Positions 1 to 9,636 of a stretch of DNA of 32,000 nt are shown piece by piece (within the stretch, counting starts at the first letter, position 1; the number at the start of each line of letters is the position of its first letter). This DNA is from Thermoproteus tenax Kra 1 (GTDB lineage: Archaea; Thermoproteota; Thermoprotei; Thermoproteales; Thermoproteaceae). Under the pieces are notes generated by a model that saw only the letters and a program-made list of their open reading frames with translations, ran no database searches and was not told the origin of the DNA. The DNA is taken from contig NC_016070.1 of NCBI RefSeq assembly GCF_000253055.1, forward strand, positions 30,001 to 62,000. The letters run 5' to 3'. The translations under genes and the position numbers were made by a program.

Positions 1-2
1 TG

Positions 3-107
3 CCGCATATATTCCCATATAACTCCATGTTCCACAGCGGCAAGATCCCAGAGGGTATCGTCAAAGAGGAGCATCCGGCTTGGTACAAGCAGTTGAAACA
101 ACAATAG
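3..107 (+). CDS. 3' end of an upstream CDS (partial), probably part of the hydrogenase gene cluster; product not identifiable
   Basis: Frame 3 reads PHIFPYNSMFHSGKIPEGIVKEEHPAWYKQLKQQ* with stop TAG at 105-107 and is open to the window edge; same strand and directly upstream of the hydrogenase large subunit. Confidence 0.5.
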   Translation, partial: PHIFPYNSMFHSGKIPEGIVKEEHPAWYKQLKQQ

Positions 108-216
108 TCCCCCTTTTTGAGACCTCTGCGTTCTATTTTTTGGCGCATCAAAGCGGCGGCGAGGCTTTTCAACAGACTGAAAAGCACATTTTTTAAATTC
201 CCCACACCGGTTTACT

Positions 217-2151
217 ATGTCAACGATAAAGCTATGGATAGATCCTATTACGCGCATTGAGGGTCACCTAGCTCTATATGCAGAGGTCGACTCATCTACC
301 AGGAAGGTCACGACGGCGCATACGACTGTGATGATGTTCCGCGGGTTCGAGGTCTTCCTAAGGGGGAGACCTCCCGAGGATGCCATCCATATAACCTCGC
401 GCACATGCGGCGTCTGCGGCGCCGCCCACGCGAACGCATCCACCAGGGCTTGTGACGTGGCCTCGGGCATGACTCCGTATCCCATGGGCAACGTGTTGAG
501 GACTATGGCCTACGCCATGACAGACTACACCTACGACCACTCTATAATTTTGAACATGCTTGAGGGCCCCGACTACAGCGAGGCGATCGTCAGCAAGCTG
601 ACGCCCTCGGTGTGGCAGACGGCGCAGAGCACTCCGGCGAACTACTCGTCGATACACGGATATCGCACGATAGCGGACATCATGAGGGATCTGAACCCCA
701 TTACCGGCAGAATATGGCAACTGACGGTCAAACACCAGAGACTTGCCAGAGAGGCCGGCGTCTTGATCTACGGCAGACACTCCCATCCCTCCACTCTGAT
801 ACCAGGCGGCATAAGCACCGACATAACCCTCTTGGGCTCTATGTTGGAGGAATATTATGCTAGGCTGTCCAAACTGCTCGCCTGGGTCAAGTTCGTCTGG
901 GCTATCTGGCAGGATCTATACGAGTTCTTCAGAGACCACGTCTCCACGCCGGACGGCAAATCCTACGCTCTGACGCAGGGCAAAACCCACGACCCCCCAG
1001 TTCTACTGGCAAGCGGCTGGGGCGACGACCCTGAGGTCTACAGCAGTATAACCGATGAGGCGAACGGAGACTGGAGGCAACTATACGCCAAACTCGACGA
1101 GGCCTACAACGCTAGGTGGGAGAAGCCCGGCTTAGCCATAGGCCACCAGCTGTACAGCCCCAATCCAACTGAGATACAGCTGGGCTACGTCGAATTCGCC
1201 GATTCGTCGTTCTATGAGGATTGGGTCAAGGCCAATGTCGCTCCGCCGTACGGTTGGCTGACCGAGGATCCTATAGGCAGGCCTTTGGTCAACGGCGACC
1301 CGACCCTGCAGAAGTACCACATGTGGAACAGGACGACGATACCGAAGCCAGGCGCCATCAACTTCGCCGATAAGTATACTTGGGCCGCCGAGCCCAGAAT
1401 CGTTCTGCCGATGGGCTCTCTGAAGGGCACAGTGATCCCCATAGAGACGGGCCCCATAGCCCAGCTCTGGATGGACACGCTCCATGCGACTAAGGTCACC
1501 ACAGCGACTGGCCAAACTCTCTGGGAGAGCAACGGGAGCACGCTGAAACTTTATCTGCCCGGCAATACCGTCAACCCCGATCTGCCCGAGGGCACCTACG
1601 GAGAGTTGACGATCACGTGGAATCTGCCTCAGTACTCTACGACTATGGAGCGCTTGCTTGCCAGAGCTGTCCACTTGGCCATGGCGGCCGCCATGGGCTA
1701 TGCGGCCCTCCTATACGCCTTCGAGTTGGTAAATAAGGGAAAGACCCAGACGTCGAGGCCTTGGAGTTATGGAAAATGGCCGAGCTTCAGCTACAGCTTC
1801 GGCTGGTGGCAAGTGCCGCGCGGCAACTGTATGCACTGGTTGGTGCAACAGAACGGGCGCATAGCCAACTACCAATATGAGGCGCCGACTACGCCCAATG
1901 TCAGTCCGCAGAACAGCAGATGCACCGGCCAGTGGCAAGGCCAGTGTAGAGGTCCCTTCGAGATGTCCGTTATAAATAGCCAGGAGACCGAGGAGACTCC
2001 GCCGGATCAGTGGACTGGTTTGGACTTCGTCAGAGCGATCAGAAGCTTCGACCCATGTCTAGCGTGCGCCGTCCACTTCGAGGCCAAGGGCGAGGGCGGA
2101 AGAGTCTACAACGTCATCGAGAAGGTCATCTGGAACGCTTGCTCACTATAA
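217..2151 (+). CDS. [NiFe] hydrogenase large (catalytic) subunit
   Basis: N-terminal RIEGHLALYAEVD, L1 motif RTCGVCGAAH (CxxCxxxH) and C-terminal L2 motif DPCLACAVH followed by a 24-residue tail expected to be cleaved in maturation. TATA-like ttttttaaatt about 25 nt upstream of the ATG suggests leaderless transcription. Confidence 0.96.
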   Translation: MSTIKLWIDPITRIEGHLALYAEVDSSTRKVTTAHTTVMMFRGFEVFLRGRPPEDAIHITSRTCGVCGAAHANASTRACDVASGMTPYPMGNVLRTMAYAMTDYTYDHSIILNMLEGPDYSEAIVSKLTPSVWQTAQSTPANYSSIHGYRTIADIMRDLNPITGRIWQLTVKHQRLAREAGVLIYGRHSHPSTLIPGGISTDITLLGSMLEEYYARLSKLLAWVKFVWAIWQDLYEFFRDHVSTPDGKSYALTQGKTHDPPVLLASGWGDDPEVYSSITDEANGDWRQLYAKLDEAYNARWEKPGLAIGHQLYSPNPTEIQLGYVEFADSSFYEDWVKANVAPPYGWLTEDPIGRPLVNGDPTLQKYHMWNRTTIPKPGAINFADKYTWAAEPRIVLPMGSLKGTVIPIETGPIAQLWMDTLHATKVTTATGQTLWESNGSTLKLYLPGNTVNPDLPEGTYGELTITWNLPQYSTTMERLLARAVHLAMAAAMGYAALLYAFELVNKGKTQTSRPWSYGKWPSFSYSFGWWQVPRGNCMHWLVQQNGRIANYQYEAPTTPNVSPQNSRCTGQWQGQCRGPFEMSVINSQETEETPPDQWTGLDFVRAIRSFDPCLACAVHFEAKGEGGRVYNVIEKVIWNACSL

Positions 2152-2175
2152 ACGTTTTTGGTCTCCTCTTTTTAC

Positions 2176-2691
2176 ATGAAGGTCCTGGTGGTGGGCTTGG
2201 GCAACCCAATATATGGAGACGATGGCTTCGGCTCTTGTATGGCCCAATTCTTGATGCAGTTCAACGACTTCGTCTACGATGCAAACGCTCACGGCATAGG
2301 CGCGTTGGGCACTCTCTCGGACTATGACGTGTTAATATTTATAGATATAGATGCCAAGCTGCCGCCGGGCGCTGTGGCTGTGGAGAGGATAGAGGGCTCT
2401 CTAACGGTCTCCGAGACGCGGCTGATAGACGCACACAGAGCGCCTCCCTCGTTGTTGGTGGGCTATCTAAGGGCCATGGGCAAGAGCGTCCTCGCGCGGC
2501 TCGTGGCAGTAGGGCCCGCGACCCTAGAGCCGCTCTCTAGGCCCTCTCCACAAGTGGTCTCGGCTGCTAGATCTGTAGTCGCGGAGCTTAAAGGGATCTT
2601 GGCGGAATACGGCCTAGAGCTTAGGTGGAGCGGCGATCCCAGCGAGGAGTTGGTGAAGTGCTACGAGAGAGCTCTGGGGAGCCCGAAATAA
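2176..2691 (+). CDS. Hydrogenase maturation endopeptidase (HycI/HyaD family)
   Basis: MKVLVVGLGNPIYGDDGFGSCMAQFL matches the family N-terminus (VLGIGNxLxxDDGxG); directly downstream of the large subunit. ATG at 2176 preferred over the TTG at 2158. Confidence 0.9.
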   Translation: MKVLVVGLGNPIYGDDGFGSCMAQFLMQFNDFVYDANAHGIGALGTLSDYDVLIFIDIDAKLPPGAVAVERIEGSLTVSETRLIDAHRAPPSLLVGYLRAMGKSVLARLVAVGPATLEPLSRPSPQVVSAARSVVAELKGILAEYGLELRWSGDPSEELVKCYERALGSPK

Positions 2692-2756
2692 CATACGGGA
2701 ACCTCAAGCCTCGCCCTATGGGGATCATTTATATACTACCTCGCCTGTATTGATAT

Positions 2757-3011
2757 ATGTCTGAGGATAAAGCCCTGGAGGAGCTGGGGAGATCTCTCGG
2801 CCAACTCTTGAGATCCTATCTTGAGATCAAGGAGGCCTTGCTCAAGCCCATAACGGAGCCTATAGAGAGAGAGTTGAAAGAAGCTCTCGGCGAAGTTCTC
2901 TACAGATGGCTCACAGACTTGGGCCAAGCGAGGGAGCTGCGGCGAGATGTGGACGTAAAGACGTTGTACCAAGAGATCTTGAGGCGCCATGTGGGCGATC
3001 TACAGCAGTAG
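2757..3011 (+). CDS. Small hypothetical protein (84 aa)
   Basis: ORF co-oriented with the hydrogenase genes, amphipathic helical composition, overlaps the next ORF start by about 23 nt. Confidence 0.55.
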   Translation: MSEDKALEELGRSLGQLLRSYLEIKEALLKPITEPIERELKEALGEVLYRWLTDLGQARELRRDVDVKTLYQEILRRHVGDLQQ

Positions 3012-3588
3012 CTATCTCTACTGGTTCATCTACGGCGGAGAGTTCGACGTACCCGCCGTGTTGGGCAAACTGGTTGGGTTGGGCTACGAGGTTGCTAGAG
3101 CAGGGTACAGAGAGGGCTACGTCTACCTCGACCCCCTCCCCGGAGGATATGCGGGGCGCAGAGTGTACGAGGAGGGCGATGTCTATCTTCTGGCCAATAT
3201 GCAGAGGGGGGCCCTCGGCGTCGCGGCTGATAAATATCAGCTAGTCATGAGGGGCGCCGCCGATGTGTCGAGGGCAATTATGGAGCTGGCGATGCCAGAG
3301 CCGCCTAGGGCCGAGTTCCACGCCTCTCTAGGCGCTACCTTGGACTACTGCAGAGCAGAGCAAGTGAAGTTGGCCGACGTAGAGCTCCAGAAGAGCGGCA
3401 TGATACTCACTGCGGGCGAGCCACAGGGCGGCGACGGGATATACATATCGGTGAACCCCATGGGGGGCAGGAGATATATGGTCTATGCAATTATAGGCGG
3501 CAGATGGGGCTATGTGGCCGAGCACGCAAAGAGGGTGAACGACTTGTTGTCCGCCGTGTTGTCCTATATTTCTTGTCCGTCTAAGTGA
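2989..3588 (+). CDS. Hypothetical protein (199 aa)
   Basis: ORF co-oriented with neighbours and terminally overlapping both, consistent with translational coupling. No family recognised. Confidence 0.65.
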   Translation: MWAIYSSSYLYWFIYGGEFDVPAVLGKLVGLGYEVARAGYREGYVYLDPLPGGYAGRRVYEEGDVYLLANMQRGALGVAADKYQLVMRGAADVSRAIMELAMPEPPRAEFHASLGATLDYCRAEQVKLADVELQKSGMILTAGEPQGGDGIYISVNPMGGRRYMVYAIIGGRWGYVAEHAKRVNDLLSAVLSYISCPSK

Positions 3589-4697
3589 TGCAAGTTCCCA
3601 ACTACTCGGGCTTGGGCCTGAGCGCTCTGCCCAATACTCTGCTCGAGCGTTTCGGGGCCACGCCGCGCGGCCCAACGCTCGCTAGAGACCTCGGGCTGGG
3701 CAAGAGCGTGGCGCTCGTCTTGTTGGACGGACTCGGCTTCAGCTCGTTCGATAGACACGCCTCCGAGTTGGCCGGCCACCTGCGGGCGGTCTACCGCATC
3801 ACGTCGGTGTTTCCCACCACCACCTCGGTCGCGTTGACCACTTTATCGACTGGCCTAACTCCTTGTGAGCACGGAATAGTCGCCTGGAGCTTTTATTTGA
3901 AGGAGGCCGGCGCCGTCATAGATTCGCTTAACATGAGCCCCATTTTGGGGGAAAGGGATGCATTGAACGCAGCCGGCTACGACTTGAGGTCTCTCTTCAA
4001 CGCTCCGACGATATTCCGCGAACTGGCGAGACAGGGGGTTAGGACTAGGGCGTTCCTCCCGAGGGGGCTTTCGGGGGGCATAAGCAGAGTGCTCTACGAT
4101 GGGACTGAGGTCTTCGAGTACGTATCGGTCTACGACGCCTTTGTGGGCGCAGGGCGCCTCCTCAGGGACGGTCCCTCATATGTGTACATCTATATACCGA
4201 CTATCGACAGCGTGTTCCACAAGTACGGCCCTGAGTCTGAGGAGGGCGATGCCGCCGTGAGGGGCTTGTTAGAGGAGGTGGTTGAGCTGTCGCGGCGCTA
4301 CATGGCCGCGGCCGACGTCATAATTACAGCGGACCACGGACATGAGGAGATAACCAAGAACATCAGTTTGAGGGACGGAGAGCTTCTAGAGAGTCTCATC
4401 ATGCCGCCGCATGGAGATCCGCGCGCCGTCTTCTTGAGGACGAGGGGGGAGGCCCCAGATCTGGGCAAGTTCGGCTCCTTCGAGCTTATAGATAGAGAAA
4501 GCGCCGTGAAGGCCGGCCTCTTCGGAGTATGTAACGGGAGATTCCTCGAGAGGATAGGAGACTATATAGCTCTCCCAAGCCACGGGCTCGCCGCGATGTA
4601 CCTATACAAGCCCAAGAATGAGGATCCCCTTAAATTTAAGGGACACCACGGGGGGCTCTCCGAGAGCGAGCTCTTTGTTCCATTACTTCTGCTTTGA
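3585..4697 (+). CDS. Alkaline phosphatase superfamily protein, type I phosphodiesterase/nucleotide pyrophosphatase-like
   Basis: VALVLLDGLGFSSFDRHA, VFPTTTSVALTTLSTGLTPCEHGIVAW and VIITADHGHEE are typical metal/nucleophile motifs of this superfamily. Confidence 0.88.
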   Translation: MMQVPNYSGLGLSALPNTLLERFGATPRGPTLARDLGLGKSVALVLLDGLGFSSFDRHASELAGHLRAVYRITSVFPTTTSVALTTLSTGLTPCEHGIVAWSFYLKEAGAVIDSLNMSPILGERDALNAAGYDLRSLFNAPTIFRELARQGVRTRAFLPRGLSGGISRVLYDGTEVFEYVSVYDAFVGAGRLLRDGPSYVYIYIPTIDSVFHKYGPESEEGDAAVRGLLEEVVELSRRYMAAADVIITADHGHEEITKNISLRDGELLESLIMPPHGDPRAVFLRTRGEAPDLGKFGSFELIDRESAVKAGLFGVCNGRFLERIGDYIALPSHGLAAMYLYKPKNEDPLKFKGHHGGLSESELFVPLLLL

Positions 4698-4733
4698 ACC
4701 GATAAAAATAAAAAACTTTTTAACATTATAAGT

Positions 4734-5300
4734 ATGGTAAAAATATTGATAATCGCAGGAGACGCCGTAGAAGCTCTCGAGATCTTCTACCCCTACTATC
4801 GTCTGAAGGAGGAGGGCTGGGAGGTCGACGTCGCAGCTCCCTCAAAGAAGGATCTACGGACCGTCGTACACGACTTCGAGCCAGGTTGGGAGACCTACAG
4901 CGAGAAGCCTGGCTATCTGTTTAAATGGGTCACTAAGACTCTCGCCGAGGTCAAACCGGAGGAGTACGATGGTCTAGTGATACCGGGCGGGAGGATGCCC
5001 GAGTACGTGAGAGTTGTTGCGGCCGAGGATGTGAAACGGATCGTCAGACACTTCTTTGAGGCAAACAAGCCGGTGGCCGCCATCTGCCATGCGCCCCAGA
5101 TACTCGCCGCAGCTGGAGTAGTCAGAGGCAGGAGGATGACCAGCTATATCGCAGTAAGGCCGGAGGTGGAAAACAACGGAGGGATCTGGGTCGACCAAGA
5201 GGTCGTCGTAGATGGAAACTTGGTGACCTCCAGAGCTTGGCCGGATAACCCAGCTTGGATGCGCGAGTTTATAAAATTGATCAAGGCCAGACTCAAATAA
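4734..5300 (+). CDS. DJ-1/PfpI family protein
   Basis: KILIIAGDAVEALEIFYPYYRLKEEGWEVDVA, YDGLVIPGGRMPEYVR, nucleophile elbow AAICHAPQILAAAG and VTSRAWPDNPAWMREF. Confidence 0.93.
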   Translation: MVKILIIAGDAVEALEIFYPYYRLKEEGWEVDVAAPSKKDLRTVVHDFEPGWETYSEKPGYLFKWVTKTLAEVKPEEYDGLVIPGGRMPEYVRVVAAEDVKRIVRHFFEANKPVAAICHAPQILAAAGVVRGRRMTSYIAVRPEVENNGGIWVDQEVVVDGNLVTSRAWPDNPAWMREFIKLIKARLK

Positions 5301-6128
5301 TCACTTTTTCTCCAACTCTTTTACGTACTTCAAAAGCTCCTCGGCCACGTCGACGCCGCTCGCCTTGGAGACGGCCTTGAACTCAGGTATCACGTTGACC
5401 TCTCCCACGTAGTACTCGCCGTTGCCCATCAAGATGTCGACTCCGGCGTACTCAGCATTTAGAGCCCTAGTGGCCTTGATGGCTAGGTCCTCCACCTCTG
5501 CGTCCGGCTTTATGCCCTCTACATGTCCCCCTCTCGCCGCGTTGCTGCGCCAATCGCCTGGAGGCGGCCTCCTAATCATGGCGGCCACTACTCTGTACCC
5601 CACCACGAACGCCCTTATGTCCGTGCCGTCGCCTATCCTCTCTTGAACTAGATAGACCTCGTCTGGGTCTACGCCCTTCAGAAGGGCCTCTACGTCCTCC
5701 TTGGACTTGGCCAGAGCCACCTTGCGCCCCCAACTGCCGAAGGCCGGCTTCACGATGAACTCCTCGGCGTTAGGTATCGCAGGAGCCAAGCGGGTCCTAG
5801 GGATCGGGATGCCCGAGGCTCTCAGGAACGAAAGCGCCACGGCCTTGTTCCATCCAGCGGCCAGGGCCCTCCAACTGTTGATTGAGATGGAGCCCGAGGA
5901 CTCTATGTGGGCCGCCGCCACCACGGCTCTGTTGTGGCTCAACGCTCTGATGAGGTAGACTCCCTCGTCGACGTCTGTAGATAGATCTAAGCCGTCAACT
6001 TTGACTAACTCGGCCTTAACACCTAGCCTCTCAGCGGCCTTTAACAACATCCTCTCTTCCTCTTTCAATAAATCGACTACGAGCTTCACCACGGCTCTGC
6101 CCTTAGAGTGCCACCTCTTCTGAGCCAA
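5301..6128 (-). CDS. ATP-grasp ligase, RimK/LysX-like (amino-group carrier-dependent lysine/arginine biosynthesis type)
   Basis: ATP-grasp features IPRTRLAPAI, EEFIVKPAFGSWGRKVALAKSKEDVEALL, YLVQERI, YYVGEVNVIPEFKAVSKASGVDVAEELLKY. The annotated start overlaps carB; the GTG at about 6092 (VVKLVVDLL) is the more likely start. Confidence 0.8.
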   Translation of the reverse strand: MAQKRWHSKGRAVVKLVVDLLKEEERMLLKAAERLGVKAELVKVDGLDLSTDVDEGVYLIRALSHNRAVVAAAHIESSGSISINSWRALAAGWNKAVALSFLRASGIPIPRTRLAPAIPNAEEFIVKPAFGSWGRKVALAKSKEDVEALLKGVDPDEVYLVQERIGDGTDIRAFVVGYRVVAAMIRRPPPGDWRSNAARGGHVEGIKPDAEVEDLAIKATRALNAEYAGVDILMGNGEYYVGEVNVIPEFKAVSKASGVDVAEELLKYVKELEKK

Positions 6129-9100
6129 CCCCAGGCCCGCGCCAGCTCGAGCCCCAGCGTTGGGTCGAGGACTAGAGGCGTCGAGGTGTCTGCGGCGATG
6201 CGCCTGATTGAGAAGTCTCTCTCGGGGGTCACTCCAGCAGTTATGACTACGTCAACTTTCTTCCACTTGAGCTTCTCCACGATAGATTCGTCTGGCTCAA
6301 GTATGTCGAGCCACTTGAGCTCCCTCTTGATTTCATCTATCAGCCCGGCGTACTCCTCGTCGAATGTATAGACGAGCGCGTTCCTCGAGGGAATTCTGTT
6401 GGGGGTCGCCGACAGCCAGCTCTTGAGCAAGGCCTCCTCGTAGACATCGCCGAAGGAGGCGACCTCGCCTGTGCTGTACATGACGGGTCCAAGCCTCGGG
6501 TAGGCCCCCCTCAGCCTGCTCCAAGAGAACTGGGCTGTCTTCACCCACCATTTGGCCGGACGTAATACTGTCAGCTCCTGCTCCACGGGGAGGCGCTCGG
6601 AGGTCAACACGTCTGCAGTGAGCGACATGTAGTTCACGCCCGTGGCCTTGCTGACAAAGGGCATGGAGCGGCTTGCCCTCAGATTGGCCTCTATCACGTA
6701 CACGTCGTCCGCCACTATGAATTGTACGTTCATGGGGCCCTTGACGTCGAGCTCTCTGGCGAGCGTGTGGACGATTTGGGCCATCTTGTCCACGGCCCAC
6801 TGCGGCGTTTTTCTCGGCGGCATGACCATTGTGGAGTCGCCGGAGTGCACGCCGGGAGGCTCCACATGCTCTATAGCCGTGACAACGGCCCTTCTGCCGT
6901 CTGAGACTGCGTCGGCCTCGGCCTCTATGCCGTAGGGCATGAACTTGGACACAACCACTGGGTACTTCCCGCTGACTTTGGCGGCCCTCCCTAGAAACTC
7001 CAAGAGCTCTTTTTCGTTCCTCGCCACGGCCATGTAGGTGCCGCCCAGGACGTAGCTGGGCCTAAGCAACACTGGGTAGCCCAACTCCTCGGCCAGTTTC
7101 ACGGCCTCCTCTACGCTTTTTGCGTAGAACCACGGCGGCTGTTTTATGTTGAGTCTGTCCAACAAGGCTGAGAACTTCCTTCTGTCCTCGGCCAAGTCCA
7201 CTGAGGATGCGCGGGTTCCGCCTATTTTTACGCCGAGCGCCTCCAGCTTGGGGTAGAGCCTCTGTCCTATCTGTCCGCCAGCGTATAACACTATGATGGG
7301 CCCGCCCTCCTTCTCATATATGTCAAGTATTCTCTCAGCCGTTATTTCGTCGAAAAACAGCTTGTCCACAATGTCCCAGTCTGTGGAGACAGTCTCTGGA
7401 TTGTAGTTGAGGATTGCCACAGGATGGCCGCGCCTCTTGAGCTCGAGAGCCAGATTGACCGTGGCCCAGTCGAACTCGACGCTGACGCCTATTCTGAAGA
7501 CGCCGGCGCCGACGACCAGGTAGTCCGCCTTGGGCGTCGGCTCGTCGAACTCTCCGCCGTACGTCAGATACAGATAGTTTGTCTCGGCGGGCCACTCGCC
7601 GGCGAGCGTATCTATCTTTTTGACGACAGGCCTCCGCCTTGGGATCTCTCTGGCGCCTGACGCGAGAGCTATCTGCTCATCAGAGAAGCCCAGACGTTTA
7701 GCCTCCTCGATAGTCTCAGAGGATATGTCGCCAGCCTCTAACCTCTTCCACATATCTACTACTCTCTTGATGGCGTTGAGGAAGAAACGATCGACCTTAG
7801 TGATCTCGTAGATCTTGTCCACAGATACGCCGAGATAAATGGCCTTGGCGGCGTAGATAGGCCAGTATGGGAGATGTCTCTCCAACGCTCTGAGCGCCTC
7901 CTCGAGCGTTGCCTCTCTGAAGAGGGGACCTCCGACTAGGCCGGGCTCGCCTATATCTATCATCCTCACGGCCTTCTGCCACGCCTCCTCCACGTTCCTC
8001 CCTATGCCCATCGCCTCTCCTATGGACATCATCTCCGGCCCGAGGCCCTCATCTATGCCGAATCTGTCGTTCTCCCAACGTGGATGTTTCACCACTATGT
8101 AGTCTAAACTTGGCTCGAAAGCCGCCACAGTCCTCCTAGTCACTTGGTTCATGACTTCGTCGAGGCGGTACCCCAGGGCCAGCTTTGCCGCTATATAGGC
8201 CAGGGGATAGCCCGAGGCCTTCGAGGCAAGGGCGCTGCTCCGGGACATGCGCGGGTTGGTCTCTATGGCGTACTGCTCGGGCCCCGCGTAGTTTATGGCC
8301 ACTTGCACGTTGCCCTCGCCTATCAACGAGATAGCTCTCTCTACGGCTATGGAGATATTTCTGGCGGTCTGATACTCATCGTCGGTCAGCGTCTGGCAGG
8401 GGGCCACAACTATGGAGTCGCCCGTGTGATAGCCCATGGGGTCGATGTTCTCCATGCAGACCACGGCTGCCACGTTGTCGTAGGCGTCCCTCACCACCTC
8501 GAACTCTATCTCTTTCCAGCCCTCTAAGTATTTCTCCACTAGGACTTCGCCTATGGCGGACTGAGCGAAGGCCTTGTATATTTTGGACTCGAGCTCCCCT
8601 CTATTCCTCGCCTTGAAGGCCCCCGCTCCCCCCAGATTGAAACTGACGCGCACCATCACCGGGTATCCTATCTCCTCGGCCGCCGCCAACGCCTCCTCGG
8701 GGCTTCTGGCTGACCGGCTGGGAGGTATCGGCACGCCCGCCTCGACCATGGCCCTCTGGAAGAGCTCTCTGGAGAGCGCCCTCCTGATGCCCTCAACGGG
8801 CGTCCCCACTACCTTAACTCCATATCTCCCAAGGACGCCCGAGTCGTACAGCTCTACACACGCAGAGAGGGCCGTCTGGCCGCCGAAGCCGCATGCGATG
8901 GCGTCGGGCCTCTCCCTCTCGATTATCTGTTCCAGGAACTCCCTCCTTATCGGAACGAAGTAGACTGTGTCGGCCAACACCTTGGAGGTCTGTATCGTTG
9001 CCACGTTGGGGTTCACCAACACGGTCTTGATGCCCTCCTCTCTGAAGGCCTTTAGAGCTTGAGAGCCAGAATAGTCGAACTCGGCCGCCTCGGCGATCTT

Positions 9101-9142
9101 GATGGCGCCTGAACCTATCACCAGGATCTTCCTAATATCCAT
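6086..9142 (-). CDS. carB: Carbamoyl-phosphate synthase large subunit
   Basis: 1018 aa with IRKILVIGSGAIKIAEAAEFDYSGSQALKAFREEGIKTVLVNPNVATIQTS, NPRMSRSSALASKASGYPLAYIAAKLALGY and a second ATP-grasp domain with VIEANLRASRSMPFVSKATGVNY. Confidence 0.97.
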   Translation of the reverse strand: MDIRKILVIGSGAIKIAEAAEFDYSGSQALKAFREEGIKTVLVNPNVATIQTSKVLADTVYFVPIRREFLEQIIERERPDAIACGFGGQTALSACVELYDSGVLGRYGVKVVGTPVEGIRRALSRELFQRAMVEAGVPIPPSRSARSPEEALAAAEEIGYPVMVRVSFNLGGAGAFKARNRGELESKIYKAFAQSAIGEVLVEKYLEGWKEIEFEVVRDAYDNVAAVVCMENIDPMGYHTGDSIVVAPCQTLTDDEYQTARNISIAVERAISLIGEGNVQVAINYAGPEQYAIETNPRMSRSSALASKASGYPLAYIAAKLALGYRLDEVMNQVTRRTVAAFEPSLDYIVVKHPRWENDRFGIDEGLGPEMMSIGEAMGIGRNVEEAWQKAVRMIDIGEPGLVGGPLFREATLEEALRALERHLPYWPIYAAKAIYLGVSVDKIYEITKVDRFFLNAIKRVVDMWKRLEAGDISSETIEEAKRLGFSDEQIALASGAREIPRRRPVVKKIDTLAGEWPAETNYLYLTYGGEFDEPTPKADYLVVGAGVFRIGVSVEFDWATVNLALELKRRGHPVAILNYNPETVSTDWDIVDKLFFDEITAERILDIYEKEGGPIIVLYAGGQIGQRLYPKLEALGVKIGGTRASSVDLAEDRRKFSALLDRLNIKQPPWFYAKSVEEAVKLAEELGYPVLLRPSYVLGGTYMAVARNEKELLEFLGRAAKVSGKYPVVVSKFMPYGIEAEADAVSDGRRAVVTAIEHVEPPGVHSGDSTMVMPPRKTPQWAVDKMAQIVHTLARELDVKGPMNVQFIVADDVYVIEANLRASRSMPFVSKATGVNYMSLTADVLTSERLPVEQELTVLRPAKWWVKTAQFSWSRLRGAYPRLGPVMYSTGEVASFGDVYEEALLKSWLSATPNRIPSRNALVYTFDEEYAGLIDEIKRELKWLDILEPDESIVEKLKWKKVDVVITAGVTPERDFSIRRIAADTSTPLVLDPTLGLELARAWGWLRRGGTLRAEPW

Positions 9143-9279
9143 AGCCCTCCTCCCTCTCCTCTATTGGAAAAATCGCCCCGCCGACATCACCCATGGAAAC
9201 AACCCCGTATATAAGTTTGTCTCCGACTGGCTCCACCGTCCTTAGTGATCTCGGGCCAGCCGCCGGCTCAGAAGGGCGA

Positions 9280-9371
9280 CGGGCCCGGTGGGATTCGAAC
9301 CCACGACCTACGGCTCGCTTCAGCGGTACGCCTCCGAAGGCCGCCGCTCTTCCATGCTGAGCTACGGGCCC
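9280..9371 (-). tRNA. tRNA-Arg(TCG), containing an 18-nt canonical intron (37/38)
   Basis: Acceptor GGGCCCG/CGGGCCC, T arm GTGGG-TTCGAAT-CCCAC, anticodon stem GCGGC/GCCGT, mature loop CTTCGGA. Intron AGGCGTACCGCTGAAGCG sits in a bulge-helix-bulge (central helix CUUC/GAAG). TATA-like CTTAAAAG about 26 nt upstream. Confidence 0.92.
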
Positions 9372-9636
9372 TCCTCAAACTGGGAATATGCTTTTAAGGT
9401 TTCCGTCCATCATCATGCTGACGGTGGGCGCTCGCCACATTGGACGGCCAACTCCGCTGGGTTGCAGGAGCTCTGTCGGAGCGCCTGGGCCGCGGTCGGC
9501 GATTCGTTTACATCGTAAACTGCAAGCCTTGCCCTTTAGGGTTAGAGGGTCATATGTCGTTGGCGTCAGCGCCTGAGGGCCCCAGACTTCCACCGGCCTT
9601 ATGGCGCCGACTTGCGCCCGCCCTCGACGTCCGCCG

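Noticed and set aside
9132-9194. Possible 20-aa leader ORF (MGDVGGAIFPIEEREEGYGY) overlapping the carB start.
   Set aside because: The TATA-like box at about 9208-9216 predicts transcription starting near 9186, downstream of the mini-ORF start; composition does not suggest an attenuator peptide.
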